Source: Amoebophrya sp. A120
Lineage: Eukaryota; Protista; Dinoflagellata
Length of the DNA: 64,000 bases
Assembly: GCA_905178155.1 (NCBI GenBank)
Contig: CAJINV010000003.1
Coordinates: forward strand, 11,929,426 to 11,993,425
Reading direction: 5' to 3'
Every line of letters starts with the position of its first letter. Positions within the stretch are counted from its first letter, which is position 1. Below the pieces are notes generated by a model. It was not told where the DNA came from. It saw nothing but the letters and a program-made list of their open reading frames with translations, and searched no databases. Below, piece after piece: positions 24,501-35,290 of the stretch. The position numbers and the translations under genes were made by a program.

Positions 24501-25246
24501 TGACCGGGCTGCGCCCGGTTGATCTGGCGCAGAGCACGGAGGCTGGGTTTCCGAAGGGAATCGGGTTCGAGAAGGTAACAATGACCACAACCATGGAGGA
24601 CTGCTCTGCCCCGACCTGTGCTTTATCCGCTGGGAACATAATCTTCATGAAAAATCATGTGTGACTCGTCGGGAAAATGAAAAGTGACAGGTTACTAGTA
24701 GGGTGGTGGTGTAGTTCTAGTTGTTTCCTTATGAAGATTTGTTGCGAGGATGTCCTCGTAGTCAACATAGAATTTTTCTTTAGCCGAGGACTTTCTTGAT
24801 GCCCCATCATTGTAGTCATTGTTCTTGTTCTTCCGCGTCCGCCTCAACTACAGCCGCCACAGGCATCCAGAATCTTGCTTTTCTACTCCTTTTTCCCAGC
24901 ACATGTAAGTGCAACGGTACTCAGACAGATTTTTCTCCTGTTGCATACGCACGCACGATGAACAACAACCTGGGCAATTGGCAATCGGGCTACGATTCGT
25001 TGTACACTTGCAACGCGATGTATCCACAGGAAATTTTCCGTACAACGGGTGAAAATGCTGACACTGCATGACAAGACGTGCTGTGCTCAATCGCATTGCG
25101 CATGACAGGTTTTATTTTCCAGGTTGGCAAGAAATTTGTGATGTATTTTGCAGCATGTCCTGTACGGCAAAGTTGTAATGCATACGAAGGGCGAGAAAAT
25201 GTTGGACGGCTACGCCCCAGCCAACACCTGCTCCGCGAGCCGGTGA
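18524..25246 (+). CDS. Membrane-anchored GH45-like endoglucanase, apparently circularly permuted; 15 exons, about 709 aa
   Basis: Acidic Tyr-rich N-terminus, TM helix (VGLAGLIIVGLIVAIIVVA), Pro/Thr/Ser linker. GH45-type motifs follow: AYGVAT...CGQCAEL...LTVQVFNT-VADHVDVYMAGGGYGAHNGC...WGGGIRG...SCKWSF...VACPASLVQLTGLR...TTTMEDCSAPTCA...LYTCN. Introns at about 18734-19048, 19383, 19923, 20299, 20815, 21338-21496 (GT-AG), 21537, 22097, 22476, 22860, 23190, 23619, 24624 and 25021. Confidence 0.85.
19383..19634. mobile_element. Introner (decayed TIR; flanks fit an 8-nt repeat CGAGGAGT/GCAGGAGT)
   Basis: TATC...ATGTCTGGGCCTGGAAA at the left end and TTTCCAGGCGCAGG...GGATA at the right end. Confidence 0.7.
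19923..20189. mobile_element. Introner
   Basis: TATGGAAGTTCACAAC / TTGTGCACTCTGATA; direct repeat AGTCT/AGCCC; frame restored. Confidence 0.8.
20299..20712. mobile_element. Introner
   Basis: TATCAATCGCAAA...CATCATGATC / GATCGATGATG...TTTGCGCTGCATA; direct repeat GGCTG/GCCCG; frame restored. Confidence 0.8.
20815..21296. mobile_element. Introner (direct repeat decayed)
   Basis: TATCCTACGTGGAAAT...ATCAACATCA / TGATGTTGAT...ATTTTCAGTTCGATA; frame restored by removing 5 extra nt. Confidence 0.65.
21537..21817. mobile_element. Introner, perfect direct repeat CGATG
   Basis: CGATG|TATTCCTTGCAAATATGTCT...AGACCTATTTGCATCGTTGATA|CGATG. Confidence 0.9.
22097..22418. mobile_element. Introner, ~30-bp TIR, perfect direct repeat CGTGG
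   Basis: CGTGG|TATTACAATGAAAAATGCCCCCACGACCCC...GGGGTCGTGAGGGCATTTTTCCTTATGATA|CGTGG. Confidence 0.95.
22476..22779. mobile_element. Introner (weak TIR)
   Basis: TATG...CATA ends; direct repeat AACGG/CCCGG. Removal joins HNG|C of the GH45 motif. Confidence 0.7.
22860..23101. mobile_element. Introner
   Basis: TATGAGAGTTCACATCTCCCC / GGGGAGTTGTGCACTCTCATT; direct repeat TCGCA/GCGCA. Confidence 0.85.
23190..23481. mobile_element. Introner, perfect direct repeat GGCCA
   Basis: GGCCA|TATCAAAATGAAAAAATCCCCC...GGGGAGATTTTTCCATACGATA|GGCCA. Confidence 0.92.
23619..24333. mobile_element. Long introner (715 bp)
   Basis: TATCACGTGCAAAATTTTTGCTGCTC / GAGCACAAGAAGTTTTGCCAACGTGCATA; direct repeat ATTCA/ATTCT. 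Confidence 0.88.
24624..24947. mobile_element. Introner (decayed)
   Basis: TATCCGCTGGGAACATAATCT / AGATTTTTCTCCTGTTGCATA; frame restored by removing 5 extra nt. Confidence 0.6.
25021..25184. mobile_element. Introner
   Basis: TATCCA...TTTCCGTACA / TGTACGGCAAA...TGCATA; direct repeat CGATG/CGAAG. Confidence 0.85.
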
Positions 25247-26475
25247 GACCGACTTCAGGAGTTGGGAAGGAAGGAATTTCAGTATGCAGAGCACCACTTT
25301 TCCTTTTGATATAGGATTTACGCCCCCGTAGTTTTCTTCATTTTCCGCGTCAGTACAGCTTTTTCTCTATTGCAGCCGCTTTCCTGGTACTGCGACTGCC
25401 ATAACCGTTTTCTCTTTCATCTACTGTTTTGAACGTACTAAAATGAGCTGCAGTTGTGGTTTTGCAATGTACGGGCGGAAAAAAATATCACGAAGATTCA
25501 GTGAGATGACCACTCGTCTCAACGACCGGGTGGGAACGAAGTGCAAAACAACTGCTACATTCTTATACTTCCACTTTTTTGTAAAGCTCAGTGTAATTCT
25601 GCTTCTCTCTCTCTCTTTCAAATATCAAACTTCTTTTCGTACTTCTCATGCATAGAAATTGTGGTGCCTTTGCCTTATCATTAAAGAGGTTCATTCGGGC
25701 TTGTTCCCACCACAAATCAATAAAGTGTATCACTGGTCCACCAACAAGTTTTCCAAAAATTGCAGGGGACCACACGTGAAGTCGGCCTGTGCTTTATCTG
25801 TTACTTCTTAACTGCTTCTACATCAAATAAAATTAGAAAAAGCACTACTCAAAAAGCTTTTCTCCCTTCTGAATCGAACCAACTTCAAGTGCGTACTTCC
25901 CCACCGTGAATAAAAGAAGAGCAAACTCTTTCATTTTTCTAGCCTGTCAGTTGCATAACAAGAAAAAATGCGAACGTCGTTGTGGACGATAAGGCCTGCT
26001 GGAATGAAGAAATCAAACCAAGTCCGAAATAATTCTCGTTCGCGTGCTATTTTCGTCACCTCGCATTCGTAGGTAAGAATCCGAATCTTCTGTCGGGGCT
26101 GCTTGTTGGAAGTAGGCGAAGTCGTCGACTCGCAGTCGTTTTGTCGTCCTCGATTCGCAGCTTGGTACGCTTCCATCGCTCAAGAAAGTGTAGTCCGGCC
26201 GAATTGGAATTTATCATCGCAACAACAATGTTCATGTGCAGTTGTACGACAGAGCGCATAGTAAGAATTCGAGTATAAAGGAAGATTTTTGATGTTCGGC
26301 GCTAGAATGTAGTTGTCGCTGGTGGTTCCAGTGAAGCTACTACATCAGTGTTACTTGAAAAATGAGCAATCGCCCGGAAGTAGTACGAGGCTTTACTAGG
26401 ATGCCATCTTTGTGGAGTAAGTCGCTCCTGTAAGTAGTTCTACCTGTTTCGATATCTTCTCAGACGTTGATCATA

Positions 26476-27433
26476 ATGCCCGCTTTGTACGGAGCCGCGA
26501 CCGAGGACCTGTTGGCGCATGTGGCGCACAAAAACACGTTTCGGGCGGAAACCTACGTGGACTATTCCACCTGTCCTGGCTATGTTGGAACCGTTTTCAG
26601 GTGGGGGCAGTCGGCAAATGGAGATCGAGCTATGAGTTTGTATATGTATTGCGTATTATAAACTCAATTACAATACCGGGTTTTCACAGGATCACAATGT
26701 TTCAGAAGGAACCTCCGCTAGAAATTCTGAAGGTAGCAACTGATTGAACTCATCACTCTGTCATCCGCTATATCTATTTATGTGGCGATGAAGACGCCTT
26801 CCCTTCGGCAATGAGCGGCCTATCCCCGTCGTTCTTGTCTGTTCCCCATTTGACACAACCATACCGGCGCCAAGTTCTTTCACAAACCGAACAAGGAAGA
26901 CCGTTCTGTTTTCGTGAAAGCCGAGGAGAAGGTGGAAAAAGGAGCAGAAGCGCTGCGTTCCGGATTCGGAAAATTCTACATCCAGACCATGCCTAGTATG
27001 TTTTACCGCAAGAAAAGACGGTCTCGGTCTCATGATACTATGATTGTGAAAGTCCTCCTCGCTGACTGTAGCTTCGTTTTCTGTCATGTTTGGCATGAAC
27101 CTAAGGCAGAGTATTTGCCACGTGTTTTAATCATTTCTTGCTCATGACGCATCTTTACGGTTTTTTTCGCTTGCCTAGTTAAGAACTTCATGCAGAGCAA
27201 CAAGTTTGTGTTTGTCTTGCTAAGTGTCCGTTGTAAACAAAGGTTTGAGCAGCAGACCGAGATCGGTTTTTCCTTAGGATATTTTTCAGTCAGCCTGCAC
27301 CATTCTTGGCGGGCTTGTGCTCGGGTCCGGCGTACTTCAAGTCAGCGAGGGTGTGGCAAGGTATCTGGAGCGCAAGGCTGACGCGGGACGGCGAAGGTGG
27401 AGCGGCGATACGAACAGAAAGCCAATTCTATGA
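26476..27433 (+). CDS. Small hypothetical protein with a C-terminal hydrophobic helix (exons 26476-26580, 26869-26995, 27294-27433; about 123 aa)
   Basis: MPALYGAATEDLLAH...TCPG|AKFFHKP...QTMP|TCTILGGLVLGSGVLQV...; one introner and one GT-AG intron give an in-frame join. Confidence 0.6.
26581..26863. mobile_element. Introner
   Basis: TATGTTGG / CAACCATA ends; direct repeat CTGGC/CCGGC. Confidence 0.7.
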
Positions 27434-29177
27434 AAGTGCACAAGAATTGTTCTCCCTTGTTCTCATTTCTCATGTGAGACACCAAGTTTAGGACCAGATC
27501 CAGATCTAGTTGCTCCTGTTTTCTTACGACCCTTTTCTTGCCGCTAGTATGCATGACAAATTCCAGAAGCCGTCGAAACTGTGCTACTTCGTGGCACAGG
27601 AAAAACTTGTCATGCACGGTCTCCATGATAGCGGGGGTGAGTTTGTACTGCAATTGAGGAGGAGGGGAAGTTTTGCACGGTCATAAATTCCAAAGGGGCG
27701 CTACAATTGAGGTGACGCGAGTCCTCGGCGGAGCATTTTAGTTATTCCGGATTTGAAGTACTGAGACTAACTTGCTCTTCGTTTTCCTCCGGCCACCGAG
27801 GAAGGATTTTGGGTTCTCAGGATCTTTTGACCAGGTGACCACGTAAGTAGTGCAACTGGGCGCTTGTTACCTACACATAATACATTCCGCACCAGTGCTT
27901 TGTACCGAAGTGATCAGTACGTCTACGTTTTTACTAGCACGACGCTTGTTGTGTGGAAGCGAAATTGGTTCTTGCCGCTCATATTGAAGCGAGCGCAACG
28001 CCACCTTTTCTGCGTGCTCCTCGTCCCATGAGGTGCATGACGAGGATGCCTTCATCACTCAGTCTTCAAACGGGTTCGGTCGTACTGCTTTATTGACGAA
28101 CTACACCGCACCTACGCTTGTCTTTGATTGTCTTTTGTGCGAAAGAACGGTATCGGAATCGGTTCGTGCATCCTCTGTCGTTTTTGCCGCCACCCTCGTT
28201 CTCGTGCGAAGTGTGTGTATGAACGTCAACATACAACAGGCCACCTCGTCGGCGAACCTCGGTAGAGAGAGACGATGCTTTCGGTCGCAATAGGCAAATC
28301 CTCTCCCTAGGTAAAAATATCGTGTGTCGTTCGTTGCAAAGGTGAAACGTAGGCTCTTGCATGATCTCGGAGCAGCACAAGCCTTGCAGTCCGGGTCCAG
28401 ACAAGAACTCCACAGCCTGCTTCGTTAATAAAAGCCTGTCTTTCGGTCCTGCTTAGTCGTCTTGCTCCTGTCGGTATAGCTCGTGCTGGTCACTGATTGC
28501 TTACCGCTTCCTCTTCCTCGGTGCGTGCATTGTGGTCGATTGAATACGTAAACGCCGCCGGTTTTCTGCCCCGACGACGTGCGGCAGGAGGGTGTCCTGG
28601 TGTTTCGTGCAATCCATATCTCGTTCGGAAAAGTTGGCGTGAAATCGAAGTTGGAGTTGGACATGCTGCAAACAAATAACCTGATTCATCGCAATTTACC
28701 CCATTCTACTTCCCCAGCTGCAAGTATAAGTTCGCCTTGTGCTAGCTTTTGTGGCCCCTTGGGATATCCTCCTTCACAAAGTCATTTTTTTCGCTTTACA
28801 ACCAAGACCAACAAATTTTAATAAAATCGAGTTTCTTGTCACAATTAAGGTCGTTTGATATTTTCGCTCCTCTCATATTCAGCATTAGTATTTTAACTAT
28901 TTTTCTCTCGCCAGCTTGAGTAGTACTTTTTTCATTCGCTTTACAACAAACATTTTCACAAAATTAATTTCTTTTCATCTTTCACTACAACTTTTTTCAT
29001 TTTTTTTGTATTACAACTTGCCATCCCAGCACTTCGTTCTTTATTTTTCCCCTTTTTCTGAATTTCTCAAACGAAGAACTAAAACCAAACGACCCCAATT
29101 TTTCCAACTTTAAAACAGCGAAAACGAATTCAGTTTCATAAAAAAGGTTCACTCGTACTTCTAAAACAACAAACATC

Positions 29178-31441
29178 ATGTCACGTGGTGAGAAGCAGCG
29201 AGGCCGATCTAAACGGGCACGTCCGCGAAGACGGCTTGCCCAGGAGCAAAACACGGACAGGCTATCCTACACAAAAAATACACCCACATCAGAAAACTGA
29301 TGGATTTCTACACGCGTTTGCATAAAGAAAGATGTAAGTGCTAGCATTTCTTTCATGAGAATAAATGTAGACTTTGCTTTCCATGCGGAATCGGGATAAA
29401 TAAGCTGGCAAAAAATTGTCTTACATACTGAATAGCTGCACGGCAATAGATGATATTCCCCAAAGCTGAATTTTCTGGTCTGGGTGTGCTTTTCTTCGCG
29501 ACAAGGTTGACATTTTTCCGCTTCAGCACTTCTTGAGCCATTTTTGCAGGACGTGCAACTATCCAAGTATGCCGCACTTCGCTTGCTCGGAAGTAGATGC
29601 AACAATTGTACTAAAAATCGTCATTTTCACGACTTCCTTTTGAAATGAATTTTTCATCGCATACGTTTTACACAATACAGGCGCGCCGCCGCGGCCGGCC
29701 GTGCAGAGGAGGCGCCAAAGCGGGCGGCATCGACGAGCTGCGCCCGCATGTCGTCGTGTCCCGCGGCCGGTTCGGTGGCGAAGAGAACTTGCTCGACACT
29801 GGTCGTGCTCCAGGCCTCCCCCGCGGGCGGCCCCTTGCCCGTGGATGGAGAGAAAAAGAAGAAGGGCAAAAAGAAGAGCGCCGCAAGAAAGAAGTCCACC
29901 CCCCGGGGCTCGGCGGCGCGGCTCGGCAGGCAAGGTATGAAAATTCACAACTTGTCTCTCATCTCCGTGTCATTTGTACTCGTGTACGACCTTCCGAAAA
30001 TTACTTACGCAGGGGCTAGCATGTACAACGCAGTGTCTGCGTCACAAATTTGAAGGGGGATAGTTGTAGTACGGTTTGGACTTCCGCTCACGGTTTTGTC
30101 ATCCAAAAAGTGCCAAATAGCAAAAGGGCACTTGGTATCTATTTCTATGTCAGATGAGGGGGGGGGGAGTTGTGCATTGGCATACGGGAGCGGGATGACA
30201 TTTTGAACGGTTTCGACCTGGAGCCAGACGAGGAGGAAGTCCGCGCTCAGCACTTTCACGCCCGGGCCGTTTATGCATTGCAATATGTTTGGGTCTGGAT
30301 TTGTGATGCGAGATTTGTGTGACAGCAAGATGTGTGATGCGTGAAAGTGACTGGGTAAGATTTTTTGTCATGCTGAATGTATGTTTGCGATGATCTGGTA
30401 ACCAAAGCGTGTGCAGCGCATTGAGCCACGAAAAACAGCTCATCGCACTTTTATGCCGAAGAAGCGGCCGCCCTGCAATTTTCATGTGGGTATCTTCAGC
30501 AACACAAACTTGTTCCACGCCCAGACATAGTTGGATTCAATAACATGCGACCCCGAGCAAAACGCTCGAGCGAGGCTGTTTTGCCTGGGGACGAAGGGGG
30601 TCGGCGCTCGAGCCTACGAGAGGCAGAAGCGGGAGCGGAGTTTCTGGAAAAAAAACATGTGGTGACTGAAAAACCGATTGAATTGGTGCCCAAAAAGAAG
30701 GAGGTCCGCATACAGGACTTCCACGCCCCCGGCACGCCACCCGAAACGAACCTCCCTTCCGAGGGTGCGGAAAAATCGACCCAGCCGGAGAAGGCCGCGG
30801 AAGCGAAATCAGCGGAGGCTGGCCCGGCTGCTTTGTTCGGGGACGAAGCGGGTCGCAGTTCGAGCCTGGGAGAGGCAGAGCCGGCGGGAGCGGAGTTCCT
30901 GGAAAAAAAACCTGCGTCGACCGGTTTGTCGACCGAAAAACCGGTCGAGTTGGTGCCGGCCAAGGAGGATGTTCGGGTGCAGGACTTCCACGCCCCCGGC
31001 ACGCCACTCGAAACGAACCTCCCTTCCGAGGGTGCGGAAAAATCGACCCAGCCGGAGAAGGCCGCGGAAGCGAAATCAGCGGAGGCTGGCCCGGCTGCTT
31101 TGCCCGGGGACGAAGCGGGTCGCAGCTCGGGCCAGGGGGAGGCTGAGCCGGTGGGAGCGGAGTTCCTGGAAAAAAAACCTGCGTCGAGGTCGACCGAAAA
31201 ACCGACTGAATTGGTTGCCGAAAAGGAAGAGGTCCCCCGCACCCAGGACTTGCACGCCCCCGGCATGCGACCCGGAACAAACCCCGCGGGCGAGGGTGCG
31301 GAGAAATCGACAATGCCTCGGGAGGCCGGAGAAACGGAGACAGCGGAGGCTGGCCCGGCTGCTTTGTCTGGACACGAGGGGGCTCACAGTATGCGAGGGA
31401 GAGTTGCTAGCATAGCATGTTCACGATCACATCCGCTGTGA
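29178..31441 (+). CDS. Basic N-terminus plus ~85-aa tandem-repeat protein (exons 29178-29262, 29683-29935, 30190-30271, 30548-; may continue to about 31825)
   Basis: In-frame joins across three introners; NLS-like KKKKGKKK; Glu/Ala/Pro-rich repeats. Confidence 0.7.
29263..29677. mobile_element. Introner, perfect direct repeat CAGGC
   Basis: CAGGC|TAT...ATA|CAGGC; the TIR is weak. Confidence 0.8.
29936..30184. mobile_element. Introner
   Basis: TATGAAAATTCACAACT...CTCATCT / AGATGAGG...AGTTGTGCATTGGCATA. Confidence 0.85.
30272..30542. mobile_element. Introner
   Basis: TATGCATTGCAATATGTTTGGGTCTGGA / TCCACGCCCAGACATAGTTGGATTCAATA. Confidence 0.8.
30570..31385 (+). repeat. Coding tandem repeat, period about 250-267 nt, about 3 copies
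   Basis: CAGGACTT(C/G)CACGCCCCCGGC recurs at about 30713, 30980 and 31244; GCGGAGGCTGGCCCGGCTGCTTTG occurs three times. Confidence 0.95.
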
Positions 31442-32159
31442 AGCGGCAGCGCAATTTAATCTTTCGGTTTTTCTTTTTGGCACACTCATAATTATCTGCA
31501 ATTCCGCTTTGCAACTTCACGCTCACCGCTGTTTGTTTTTTTGCATGGACTTCTGTTTTTCGTTTTGGCGCAAATGTGGCGAAAACGTGCGGAGAGTAGC
31601 TGCGTGGATGCTATGCTAATAATTTTCGGTGTGACTCCGTGCTCAAGCTTGGGAGAGGCAGAGCAGCTACCCCATTACAAACCGCCCTTGGCTTGGTCAC
31701 GATTGTCATCTACTTTGGATATCTCTCGGGCGATCATTCTCGGACTGAGCGTGAGGTTATTTGTTATTACATCACGGCGTACTAGCCGACTCTGTTTTGG
31801 CTGCAACGTGAATCTTCACTCATGATTTCGATCCAAACGAGCACAAAAAGCAAAGACATATCGAATTAGTGACGAGTCAAAGGCGGCTTTGATTGCGATA
31901 CAGCATTGGAACGGAATTTTTGTTATCTCCCGAAGCTGCAGCAAAGGCGTCCCCTTTTCAGAAAAAGTGAAATTTTGCACTGCGTGGCTCTTGAAGATGT
32001 TAATTGAGGTATATTAAACAAAGAGTGGCTCGCTAGCCGAACGCCGTCGTATTGCGATTGTGATAGTAAAAGTATTTCTCTTTCTGGAGTGGGGACTTCT
32101 ACTTTTTCTACTGTGATGCGTGCAATCTTATCAATTGCCTGCGCGGTTGCAGCACGATA

Positions 32160-35100
32160 TCAGCGCGCAAACACTTCTACCCAGACCGGAAATCGCATTT
32201 GTGCGACGGTACTGTACAACTCGCGGAAGAAGTGGATGTTGAAGAATAAGCATTTACATTTACTTAGATACGTGTCATTGTATGTAGTGAGGTCACCGAA
32301 CGGTTCTAACCAGGGAGTTTTTTTGACACCCAGCCAGCAAAACGACCGTCAGTTTTCAAGCGGGCGGGAGTGTTTTTTGACGAAAAAGATTTTCAGTTAT
32401 CAAGCGGCCGGGGCTTTGCCGTCAAACAAGCCCGGTCGAAAACTATCGATTCGCACTTGATAAAACGACGCCGGGGAGCCGGCAAAAGGGGCGCCCTTCT
32501 GAGGCGCCCGCCGCCTTGATTTCTGGCGATTTGGGGCGCCCAAAAAGGGGCGCGCAGAAAACGCGCCCAAAATCAGAACAGCGAAACAGCATGGCACGGC
32601 CGCGATTTGGGAGTATTTTGGGCGGCCGCGAAAGCGGCCGCCTTTTCGCCGGTTTGGGAGCCTGGGAAGCTTTGCAAAAAGCGCCGGCGTGAAAAATAAA
32701 AACGCGAAAAATAAAAAGCGCGCCAGACGCGCAAAGCCAATCCGCATGCTATGGGGCCGGTTTTTCTTCGCTTTGTGGGCGCCCCCCGTGGCACCCAGAT
32801 CGGCCCCATAGCATCGGGGCTGGCTTTCGAAAAGGAATTTTGGAAATGTGCCAAAATTTGCGACGTTTCCCAAGTGGCCGCCCTACCGTGCGGCATAACG
32901 TTACTCACGGTGGTATGCCGAGCCCATAAAAAGCAAAGCCGCGGCCAAGGCGGCGGTCGGCAAAAAAACACCCACGACCTCACTACCCCCGCCCCGGCGG
33001 CTATATTTGGTATTTTGTTTTTGAGGGAATTGCCCGAGCGGGGGTAGCTATGTATAGCGGGACAGGAGTGCACGCACTTGTATTTACCGCGTTTGTTCGT
33101 CATGCACTTCGCTTCCACTTGAGGACCCCAACGCACACTGGCAGGAAACAAACCGGGATTTGAGTAAATTGCATGTCATCGGGGACGAGATCATAAGTCT
33201 GCCGTCCTCACTCTCGTTGCTTGTAGCAATGGTCCCCATAATGTCCTCTTATTCTACGATGTCGCTTTGACACTCTTGAGCGTTTTTTGTCCGCGACCCC
33301 CAGAGACGTGGGGAGACAAACCCACTGCAGCATGCATGTGCTGTGTTTGTCTTCTGGTCTGCTTTTTTCGTTGATAAATATCATTTTTCTTTTGTTGCGC
33401 TGCTGCGCAAGTAAAAGTATGGCGAAGACCCGTAAAAAAAAGTTCCATGTGGCCATCCGCTTCGTTTGCGAAGGCACAGTGTACCGTATGCGTGCTTGTA
33501 TGGGTAGAATTTTTGAATTTCGATTCTAGGTCAGATACTCGGGCCGCTTTCAGTTGAGGAAGTTCAAGCATTGCGGGCTAATGGACAGGTGCAGGTGGCG
33601 TCTCCGCATGATGATATCACAGCGCAAGCACTTCTACCCAGACGACCAGAAACCGCATCAGTGCAACGGCACTGTACAACTCGCGGAAGTGGATGAAGAT
33701 TAAACATGGAAGTGGACACGATGAATCCACCCCTTGCATTGACCGCGTTGTTTCGTTATGCACTTGAGGGCGCCAAGGCCAACGCACGCTAATAGGACAC
33801 TGATCGGGATTTGAGTAATTTGGATGTCATTGAGGACAAGATCATGAGTCTGCGCGTTTTAAGTACTGTGGCTCTCGCCATATTAGCCCTCGTGTGCGCA
33901 TAGACTTACTCTACGACATAGCTTTGACCCGTTTGAGCATCCGCTGACCGCGACTTCTAGATAAGTAGTCAGAGAAACTACAGTACACTGTGTGTACCTT
34001 ATGGTCTGCTTGTTTCGTCTTGCTGCGCAAGGGCAAGTATGACGTCTTGCCAAGTATGACAAGTGCTCTGTTGTATCATCTGTGTCGCCTGCTAAGGTGC
34101 AGCGTGCCGTCTGCGTCCTTGCATGGGTAGAGTTGTTGACTTTTGATTGCAGCCGTGGTCAGGACCAAGTCTCTGCCGAATCTACCAGGAGGATTGCCCC
34201 AACAACAAAATCATTTTGCTGGTTATGGACATATCACCGCGAAGACACCTCTACCTAGGCCAGAAATCGCATGAGTGCGCCTAATCTACACAACCAGCGA
34301 AAAGTCAAAATGTTGATGAAGATATAACATTAAGCATTTATTGTGTCCGTATTGAGACAGTACTCACTGTGGATGTGGATTGTGGAACAACGGGAAAAAA
34401 TTGGGCGAGCAGGGAAGATTATGTAAGGTACGACCGGAAGAAACGTTTTTTCATGAGTTTTCATAGTGCGCTCCCGCTTCGTGACGTCATGCTGCAGATC
34501 ATGATTATGCTCAGTATGATGTCCTGGTTTCGAGTATATTTGTATGTAGTGAGATCACCGAGCTGCTCTAGCCGGGCAGTTTTTTTTTGCAATGAAGGCC
34601 ATTTACATGAAAAAACCCGAGCGGTCTAGCCTGTTTGACTTTGCTTTCAGGGAGGTCCATTGCTAAGGGAGGTCCATTGCTCACCGCCCAAAAAAAACGA
34701 CGATCGCGAGCGGGCATCAAAAGTGGCACGACGATCGCGAGCGGGCATCAAAAGTGGTGCCCGCCGCCTTCGGTTCTGCAACTTTGTGGCGCCCAAAAAA
34801 TCAACGCGCGCAAAACCGAGTGACGACAGACACCCCGCGGCATAGCCCCGATCTCGGGGCATCTATTGTAGGCAGGCGCGAAAGCTGCCGCCCTTTCGCC
34901 GGATGCGAATTCTGAGCCGGGGAGCCGGTGCACGAAGTGCGCTCGTGAAAAATCAAATCGGAAAACAAGAGGAAAAGCGCGTCGTATTCATGATGCAAGA
35001 CCGCCTGCTTTAGCCCGCTCTTACTTTTCCCGCGTTTTGGGCGCATCCCGCGGCGCCCGGACCCGTCTCTTAGCATCGGGCCTAGCTTTCTACGAGGAGT

Positions 35101-35290
35101 TTCTATAAGTAGCCAAAATTTGCGGTGTTTCTTCATGCATTAACGTCCTGCGTGCGGCGGGCCTAGCGTTCTGCGTTGTGTCATGGCGCGCCAGCCAAGG
35201 GCAAAATCGCGGTCAATGCGCGGCCAAGGTGGAGGCAAGAAAACGGCAGCGGCCCCAGGAGCTCCGCCTCCGGTGGCTATTTTTGGTATG
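32160..35290. repeat. Decayed tandem/segmental repeat family (copies start near 32160, 33620 and 34230)
   Basis: Shared anchors: CACTTCTACCCAGAC...AAATCGCAT three times; TGTATGTAGTGAG(G/A)TCACCGA at about 32279 and 34541; CGGGATTTGAGTAA...ATGTCAT at about 33154 and 33805. Confidence 0.8.
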
